From Escherichia phage vB_EcoM_WL-3: a stretch of DNA of 64,000 nt. The position numbers and the translations under genes are program-made. A model generated the notes under the pieces. The model was not told the DNA's origin, made no database searches, and saw nothing but the letters and a program-made list of their open reading frames with translations. Below, piece after piece: positions 58,019 through 64,000 of the stretch. The DNA lies in sequence record MT968995.1. One strand, written 5' to 3'. Each line of letters opens with the position of its first letter. Positions within the stretch are counted from its first letter, which is position 1.

Positions 58019-58480
58019 TCATTGAGTTTTAATTACTGCTTTAGAAGCCTTTCCTGGTAAACGACGACTATTGATAATTGCCATCCTGCATTGAAGCGAC
58101 GGGTCTTTGAACTTCGCATTAGGTTTACAAACTGTAAATCCAAGCCAAAGATTTCCATCTGTGATTTCTAAACGTCCAGGACGGTATTCAACCCCATCAA
58201 TAAAATCCTCATCAATGTCAGGACGCGGAGGCATACTCAGGAATTCATTAACTTCTAAAACATGGTCTTTTATTTTGTGGAATAATTCAAAAACATATGT
58301 CTCATCAATCTCCCGTTGAATTGCACGATCAAGAAGATGCTGAGAATATTTTAGATGAAACGATGAGACCCCTGCTGCTTTTGATGCCTCACGAATCTCA
58401 TTGTTAATTTGACGAAACTCCGACTCAAAGTGACGACGAAGCTTATTTCGACGGATAAAAACTTCTGTATTGATAGTCAT
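58019..58480 (-). CDS. regB: RegB site-specific endoribonuclease
   Basis: 153 aa; size and position as T4 RegB. Confidence 0.85.
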   Translation of the reverse strand: MTINTEVFIRRNKLRRHFESEFRQINNEIREASKAAGVSSFHLKYSQHLLDRAIQREIDETYVFELFHKIKDHVLEVNEFLSMPPRPDIDEDFIDGVEYRPGRLEITDGNLWLGFTVCKPNAKFKDPSLQCRMAIINSRRLPGKASKAVIKTQ

Positions 58481-58504
58481 GTTGTTCTCCTCTTAACTGA
58501 TAGA

Positions 58505-58540
58505 AAAATTATACCACAGTCAAGAGGAAAAGTAAACAGT
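58505..58540 (-). promoter_or_regulatory. early promoter upstream of regB
   Basis: minus strand GTTTACTTTTCCTCTTGACTGTGGTATAAT. Confidence 0.6.
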
Positions 58541-58860
58541 TATTCTTTAAATCTAATCAATTTATTCATAGACTTTGAAACTTCTGCACGAACCTCATGT
58601 AGATTTTTGAGCTGTTCAAGACGCTGCTCATAGTAAGCAATTTCATCTTCTTCGAGACAGTCCTGTGAATCTTCTTTAAGATACCGTGCATAGTCCTGGA
58701 AAGCGTTACGGACTACTTCCTGGAAGTCATCAAGACTTTGAATTTTCTTAGGAGCAGCAGACACACGACGAGGGGCAGTATAATACTCATAACCAAACCC
58801 TGCGCTTAATTGAGCCATTAATATTTTTCCTCTGGTTGGAACACAGCACGACAAGCCCAC
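58540..58860 (-). CDS. hypothetical protein (vs.3 position)
   Basis: 106-aa ORF. Confidence 0.45.
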   Translation of the reverse strand: MGLSCCVPTRGKILMAQLSAGFGYEYYTAPRRVSAAPKKIQSLDDFQEVVRNAFQDYARYLKEDSQDCLEEDEIAYYEQRLEQLKNLHEVRAEVSKSMNKLIRFKE

Positions 58861-59120
58861 ATACTAGCTTCTTTGAGTTTCGTTTTAGCAATAGCTAACT
58901 GATCGAGGCTTTCAGCATAATTCTTCGCGAGTTCAAAGTCTTCGCAATTATCTAGTGCTTCCCAGAATTCATCATATAAAGCATCAAAGATAAGTCCTAA
59001 ACGAACTTCAGCGTCTTTAATAGCATTTACTTTACCGATTTTTTCGTCGGTATGTGGCTTATAACCTTTAATATCTTCAATCATATTTGACTTCCTCACC
59101 AGTACATAAATCGTATTCAA
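58818..59120 (-). CDS. Acb2-like protein (vs.4 position; anti-CBASS cyclic-nucleotide sponge in T4)
   Basis: second ORF upstream of regB, as vs.4 in T4; probable start at internal MIEDIKGYK (~89 aa); assignment is positional. Confidence 0.5.
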   Translation of the reverse strand: MNTIYVLVRKSNMIEDIKGYKPHTDEKIGKVNAIKDAEVRLGLIFDALYDEFWEALDNCEDFELAKNYAESLDQLAIAKTKLKEASMWACRAVFQPEEKY

Positions 59121-59298
59121 CTAAACGAATAGGTTCATGAATGCCATATCCCTGAACAGAAATTTCTGTCGTAGGATAAATTCCACTAATATCACCCATA
59201 TTCCACGCTTCATTAAATTGCTGTTCGCCTGAATTACTAAACCATTCTGCGAAAGCATTTAGCACATCTTCAGAACCTTCAATAATTATCTTTGCCAT
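59077..59298 (-). CDS. hypothetical protein (vs.5 position)
   Basis: 73-aa ORF. Confidence 0.4.
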   Translation of the reverse strand: MAKIIIEGSEDVLNAFAEWFSNSGEQQFNEAWNMGDISGIYPTTEISVQGYGIHEPIRLVEYDLCTGEEVKYD

Positions 59299-59672
59299 TA
59301 CAAACTCTCAGTAAAGGTACGAGCGATAACGTCGCGCTGCTGTTCCGGAGTCAGAGAGTTAAAGCGAACTGCATAACCGGATACACGGATGGTCAGCTGC
59401 GGATATTTTTCCGGATGCTTAACTGCATCTTCCAGAGTTTCACGACGCAGAACGTTAACGTTCAGGTGTTGACCACCTTCAATTTTAACTGTAGGTTGTG
59501 TTTCAATTTCAATTTCACGGGCATGCAAACCATAGAAAATTTCTGGGTCTACAAAAGAGTCCTCTTTAAAAGTTTTAGAAACAATAATTCGTGCTTGAAT
59601 ACCATCTTCAAAATAAATAGTACCTTTATGTGTGCCTTCAAGAATTTGATATGCTTTCATATAACCTCTCAA
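59298..59672 (-). CDS. autonomous glycyl radical cofactor-like protein (GrcA/YfiD-like)
   Basis: 124 aa; C-terminal glycyl radical signature [27 protein letters not shown]. Confidence 0.7.
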   Translation of the reverse strand: MRGYMKAYQILEGTHKGTIYFEDGIQARIIVSKTFKEDSFVDPEIFYGLHAREIEIETQPTVKIEGGQHLNVNVLRRETLEDAVKHPEKYPQLTIRVSGYAVRFNSLTPEQQRDVIARTFTESL

Positions 59673-59998
59673 TTAGAAAATAAATTTATCCAAGATTGCT
59701 CTTTAATTAAAAATGGCTCAGAATCATATGCCATTAAACTTTGGGTAATTAGTCCTTTAAAAGGCCCATCAATAAATTCCATGGTAAAATATGGAATTTT
59801 ATTCATTAATCTTGCATTAGGAGCAGTGCACAAAACTCTGCATCCTCTGAATACGCCTTTTTGTAATTTGTATTGCTTAGGATAAAATTCGCTCAAGGCG
59901 TTGTTATTTGCCAAAATTTCAAAATGATTCACCAATTTATTTTTAATAGTTTTTGGCGAAAAATAAAGATATTCGAAAAGTTGCGTATCTGTCATCAT
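59669..59998 (-). CDS. hypothetical protein (vs.7 position; 109 aa from [10 protein letters not shown])
   Basis: trimmed from track ORF 59669-60049. Confidence 0.4.
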   Translation of the reverse strand: MMTDTQLFEYLYFSPKTIKNKLVNHFEILANNNALSEFYPKQYKLQKGVFRGCRVLCTAPNARLMNKIPYFTMEFIDGPFKGLITQSLMAYDSEPFLIKEQSWINLFSN

Positions 59999-60582
59999 TG
60001 CATTCCAATTACGAAAAACTGTGGACGAGTAATACCACCAATGCAACATTTACTATTGCAACAGTGTTGCACAGTTTCAATATGAATATCGTAAATTTTA
60101 TCCATATCAGGAGATTTAACAGGCTCATCGATTATATACAAAATTCGAGAAAGCGATAAACCTCTGAACTTGCTACCTCTATTACCAACAAAACTACGGA
60201 CAGAATCAGTAAATAAGCGGAATCGAATATCATCATTAGAATAACGTGAAAATTCCTTTTTAATGTTATTTGCAGAAATTTTAGCGTAAGCTGAAGTATT
60301 AGAAAGAACAATAACTGTTCCGCCATCATACAACCAATTAGCAGCAAAGTTAGTCACAGCAATTGATTTACCAGATTGACGTCCACCGTCTAGTCGAAGT
60401 GTGCAATACTGTTTAAGCAAGTCTTCAAATGGCAGGATATATTCGTTTTTACAAATTTCTTCTACTCTAGCATCAGAATGGTGTGTAAAAGCATTCATCA
60501 GGGATAGATAAGGACCAGTTAAAAATGTTATCATTTTATTCTCTCTAAATTTGGGCCATTCCATGGCGCATGAATTGTCCAT
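59995..60582 (-). CDS. small P-loop NTPase (vs.8 position)
   Basis: Walker A GGRQSGKS and Walker B-like ILYIIDEP; probable start at the internal Met at 60534. Confidence 0.5.
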   Translation of the reverse strand: MDNSCAMEWPKFRENKMITFLTGPYLSLMNAFTHHSDARVEEICKNEYILPFEDLLKQYCTLRLDGGRQSGKSIAVTNFAANWLYDGGTVIVLSNTSAYAKISANNIKKEFSRYSNDDIRFRLFTDSVRSFVGNRGSKFRGLSLSRILYIIDEPVKSPDMDKIYDIHIETVQHCCNSKCCIGGITRPQFFVIGMQ

Positions 60583-60599
60583 TTCTGTATTTACCCATT

Positions 60600-60675
60600 A
60601 CCGCACTTGGGCTCGACCTTATTACAGGTTGGTGGGAATCCCTCACAGAATCATGAGGTCCAGGTTATTCCCATG
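60600..60675. other. GC-rich structured element between the P-loop gene and denV
   Basis: GGGAAT...ATTCCC outer stem enclosing CCTCA-CAGAATCA-TGAGG; GC content well above the local average; no ORF. Confidence 0.4.
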
Positions 60676-60679
60676 TTAT

Positions 60680-61096
60680 TTAAATGTAAATATTTTTGCC
60701 GTAATACTTATACCAGTGTGGCTTCATTAAAATTTTTTCATCGAGTCGTTGTTGACTCAACTTAATAGCTGATTTGCATGGATTATAATCATTTTTCCAT
60801 TCTACTGGAATATCGCTGATGTCAGGAACTTCAGTATCTTTTATACTGAACCCGCGTTTTAAGCATTCCGTTATAATGTCCGATTGACGCTTTCGCAAAA
60901 ATTCTAACTTATCGTAAAAGAAAGTAACATGACCAGAACCTAAAATAAATTTAGAAGATATTTTAAAATCTTTAACGCGCTTACCGTTTGCCACATGCTT
61001 ACGAACTATACCAAAAACACGCGGCAATTCACGGTATTCTGCGATTAAATGTTGATCAGCAAGTTCAGATACTAAAGTCAAATTAATACGAGTCAT
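60680..61096 (-). CDS. denV: endonuclease V (pyrimidine dimer DNA glycosylase)
   Basis: 138 aa starting [17 protein letters not shown]; matches T4 DenV from recall. Confidence 0.9.
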   Translation of the reverse strand: MTRINLTLVSELADQHLIAEYRELPRVFGIVRKHVANGKRVKDFKISSKFILGSGHVTFFYDKLEFLRKRQSDIITECLKRGFSIKDTEVPDISDIPVEWKNDYNPCKSAIKLSQQRLDEKILMKPHWYKYYGKNIYI

Positions 61097-61155
61097 TTTA
61101 TCCCTCCAAGTAACTGTGAATATACTATCACAATTCTAGGAGAAAGTAAATAGCT

Positions 61156-61686
<531 letters not shown>

Positions 61687-62142
61687 TTAAAAGAGGCTGT
61701 TCATTATTCGGTAAAGTGAAGGACCCATCACATATTGCCACTGAGTACGAGGAATAAGAGCAAAAGCATCCATCTCTGGAATCATAACACCATCTTTATT
61801 TTCAAAATAAGACTCGCAATGGCAATTTCTAAACATCTCATGCTCTACTGGAATCGTATAATAAAATAACTGAAGGTCTTTATTACTAGAATATTTAAAT
61901 ACACCTAGGTCTTCTAGAAGGTCTGGATTATAATTGCTAAAACCAGTCTCTTCTAAACATTCTCTTCGTGCTGCATCTAGTGCGTTTAAATCAGAATTTT
62001 CTACACGGCCTTTTGGAATATCCCAGCGATGTGCCATCATTCCAGGCTTACGAGAACCAGTAACCCGTCCCATGAATAAATCTTTATCTTCTGTCATAAA
62101 GATAATACCAGCTGATAGTGTTTTCATTTTAATTTCCTGCAT
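61687..62142 (-). CDS. nudE: Nudix hydrolase
   Basis: 151 aa with Nudix box RRECLEETG. Confidence 0.85.
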   Translation of the reverse strand: MQEIKMKTLSAGIIFMTEDKDLFMGRVTGSRKPGMMAHRWDIPKGRVENSDLNALDAARRECLEETGFSNYNPDLLEDLGVFKYSSNKDLQLFYYTIPVEHEMFRNCHCESYFENKDGVMIPEMDAFALIPRTQWQYVMGPSLYRIMNSLF

Positions 62143-62384
62143 TCAGTGATAAAGTTATTTAAATTTTGAGTATATTTCTTTTCATCAAAAATCTTTTGTT
62201 GTCTGCGTAGCCGCCATGGCATTTCTATGAACGTGTACCATATCCCAGATAATATTGCTGCTGTAAAAATATTAACAAGTATGGTTAAAAGAATCCAATC
62301 TCCTATTCTGTCCATTGGATTTTTTATAAAAAAGTAAAATATGAATGATGTCACAGGAAGACTAATAATATACCACAGAATCAT
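62124..62384 (-). CDS. small membrane protein (86 aa)
   Basis: two hydrophobic segments. Confidence 0.45.
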   Translation of the reverse strand: MILWYIISLPVTSFIFYFFIKNPMDRIGDWILLTILVNIFTAAILSGIWYTFIEMPWRLRRQQKIFDEKKYTQNLNNFITECRKLK

Positions 62385-62611
62385 AATTTATCTGTGAACC
62401 AATCAGCGTTCGTTAACTTAGCGCGACCATTATAAATACACACGAATTTATCATCTGTTGCAGTAGATGGCTTAACTGGTTGATATCCCATTCTAAACTC
62501 CCTAATTAACAAATTTTTCATATCTTCGGAACAGCCATTCCAGTCAACTCTATCAACTGGAATGCCATCATCCCCATCATCTAAATCATACCAGCGAGTT
62601 TTTAAAATCAT
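62381..62611 (-). CDS. hypothetical protein (76 aa)
   Basis: ORF in track. Confidence 0.45.
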   Translation of the reverse strand: MILKTRWYDLDDGDDGIPVDRVDWNGCSEDMKNLLIREFRMGYQPVKPSTATDDKFVCIYNGRAKLTNADWFTDKL

Positions 62612-62868
62612 TTAATTTTCCTACAATCACTCACAAACTCTTCCATTGATTCTTTTTCAATATAAGACATGTAGTTATTATATTCCTTTAATTGTATTTT
62701 GTAATCCTTTTTTCTTTGCCAATTTATTTTAAAATTATCATAATGAAAATATAGCATGGTGCCAAAGAATGAAAATAATGAAATCGCTATAGTATAACGA
62801 AGTTCACTCCAAACCTCTGTTATAATTACTGTGCCGTCGATGTTTAAAATAAAACAGTCAATTAGCAA
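62608..62868 (-). CDS. small membrane protein (86 aa)
   Basis: hydrophobic segment. Confidence 0.45.
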   Translation of the reverse strand: MLIDCFILNIDGTVIITEVWSELRYTIAISLFSFFGTMLYFHYDNFKINWQRKKDYKIQLKEYNNYMSYIEKESMEEFVSDCRKIK

Positions 62869-62953
62869 TCCAATAAGAGACTACCCGCAAGAGCTGCAAA
62901 TACTGACACAGCAAGAATTAATAGTGCCTCGGGAAACGAATATTTGACTTTAT

Positions 62954-63367
62954 TTAGTTTTGGCTTTTGCATCGTGATTCCTTAACAAATTTCATAATTT
63001 CATTAAATTCATACATATCTAGTTTAAGCTGGTGTTCCTTTTTAATCTTTTTACACTGAGCTTTCCATTCACGTACACGTTTACGATAATGCCTTCCTTG
63101 ATACCAATATCCTACCCAATTTACAGGTACTAATAAAAATGGAACTACTAATGGAAGAATTAATACTGACAGAAATATTACACCAGATTCAATATCAGTC
63201 ATAACATCTATAACTATTCCAATAATCATTAGGATTATAAATGATACAGCTGTCACAGGACCTACTAATACATCAGTAGGAATTAGCTGGCGCTTTAATT
63301 CATACTTCAACGGTTTACTTGGAAGGTATAGTGATGGTTTTGACATATTCTCTACATTCCTTAACAA
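62954..63367 (-). CDS. membrane protein (137 aa)
   Basis: two hydrophobic segments followed by a basic C-terminus. Confidence 0.5.
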   Translation of the reverse strand: MLRNVENMSKPSLYLPSKPLKYELKRQLIPTDVLVGPVTAVSFIILMIIGIVIDVMTDIESGVIFLSVLILPLVVPFLLVPVNWVGYWYQGRHYRKRVREWKAQCKKIKKEHQLKLDMYEFNEIMKFVKESRCKSQN

Positions 63368-63929
63368 ATTTTTCTAGTAATAAATCGCTTTCAAAATTGG
63401 GATTTTCTACGAATTTATCAAAAAGATCATCAACAATAGTTAAGATATTCTTTTTACTAAGAATACGTTTATTTTCATGCTTCGTTTCAGAATCAACTAT
63501 AAGAGTAAAGAAATATTTCTTGCCCTGAAATTTTACAGTAGTATCAATATAAAATAAATTTGACTTTTGTAAATTACGTTTAAACCATGCGTCACTTAAA
63601 CTATAAACACCGAGATAATCAAAATCGTCGTTTAAATAACAAACCGTCCATTCAGGAGAAATGAAATCAGTAAATTCAACATCAAAATCACACGTCAATG
63701 AATGAATTGATTCAATACTGTTAATGAGTATTCCAGGACGTATTAAAGACTTTTTACCTCTAGAAAATCTTCCGGAAAGGCTTTCATCAGTTTCATATGA
63801 AGACCCCCAATAGTAATTACGTCCTTCTGCCATGCGTTTAAGAGCATTTAGTAATTGGTCTGGAACATCAACCTGTCTTTGGAACTCTTCAAACATTGAA
63901 TTGAAATCACTTTGCATTTTCATTTTCAT
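63315..63929 (-). CDS. hypothetical protein (204 aa)
   Basis: ORF in track. Confidence 0.5.
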   Translation of the reverse strand: MKMKMQSDFNSMFEEFQRQVDVPDQLLNALKRMAEGRNYYWGSSYETDESLSGRFSRGKKSLIRPGILINSIESIHSLTCDFDVEFTDFISPEWTVCYLNDDFDYLGVYSLSDAWFKRNLQKSNLFYIDTTVKFQGKKYFFTLIVDSETKHENKRILSKKNILTIVDDLFDKFVENPNFESDLLLEKFVKECREYVKTITIPSK

Positions 63930-63945
63930 TCCTATTTACTCCAAG

Positions 63946-63968
63946 TATAAGGGGCCGAAGCCCCTTAT
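63946..63968 (-). terminator. tetraloop hairpin TAAGGGGC-CGAA-GCCCCTTA
   Basis: 8-bp stem upstream of the last ORF. Confidence 0.5.
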
Positions 63969-64000
63969 CATTATTTCAGAGAATTAATGTATTCCTGAAC

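Noticed and set aside
59292-59885. 197-aa plus-strand ORF in the track
   Set aside because: Antisense to the GrcA-like and vs.7-position genes, which have clear motifs and packing; no translation signals.
60600-60675. Possible tRNA in the GC-rich element
   Set aside because: Only a vague T-arm-like GGTGGGAATCCC is present; no acceptor stem or anticodon arm can be drawn.

Overview
This window is the first ~64 kb of a T-even (T4-like, Tevenvirinae) coliphage genome, laid out in the T4 convention. It starts at the 3-prime end of rIIA and runs collinearly through gene 39, dexA, dda, srd, modA/modB, soc, 56, 61, sp, dmd, 41, 40, uvsX, 42, imm, 43, regA, 62/44/45, rpbA, 46/47, alpha-gt, 55, nrdH/nrdG/nrdD, 49, nrdC, rI, tk, regB, denV, e and nudE. 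Almost every gene is on the minus strand and tightly packed, often with ATGA-type stop/start overlaps. Genes are separated by sigma70-like early promoters (GTTTAC, ~17-18 bp, TGGTAT/TATAAT, with A/T-rich UP elements) and by GC-rich hairpins that read as UUCG tetraloops on the minus-strand RNA. Differences from T4 itself point to a T2/T6-like relative: gene 39 is one unsplit 606-aa ORF, nrdD has no intron, a 280-aa glycosyltransferase sits in the beta-gt slot, an HNH endonuclease sits where T4 has dam/gene 69, there are no ipII/ipIII genes before e, and lysozyme differs from T4 at a few residues. No rRNA, tRNA or CRISPR array was found. I did not find a clearly foreign inserted system; the most interesting candidates are an ATPase plus nucleotidyltransferase pair, four tandem coiled-coil paralogs, a macro-domain protein, an Acb2-like/GrcA-like/P-loop block, a lone plus-strand membrane-peptide ORF, repeated promoter/stem-loop cassettes, and a repeat-flanked mini-ORF upstream of gene 49. 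All calls rest on reading the sequence, motif recognition and recall of T4 biology; no database search or structure prediction was run. Several ORFs shorter than 60 aa that the supplied track omits were found by hand.
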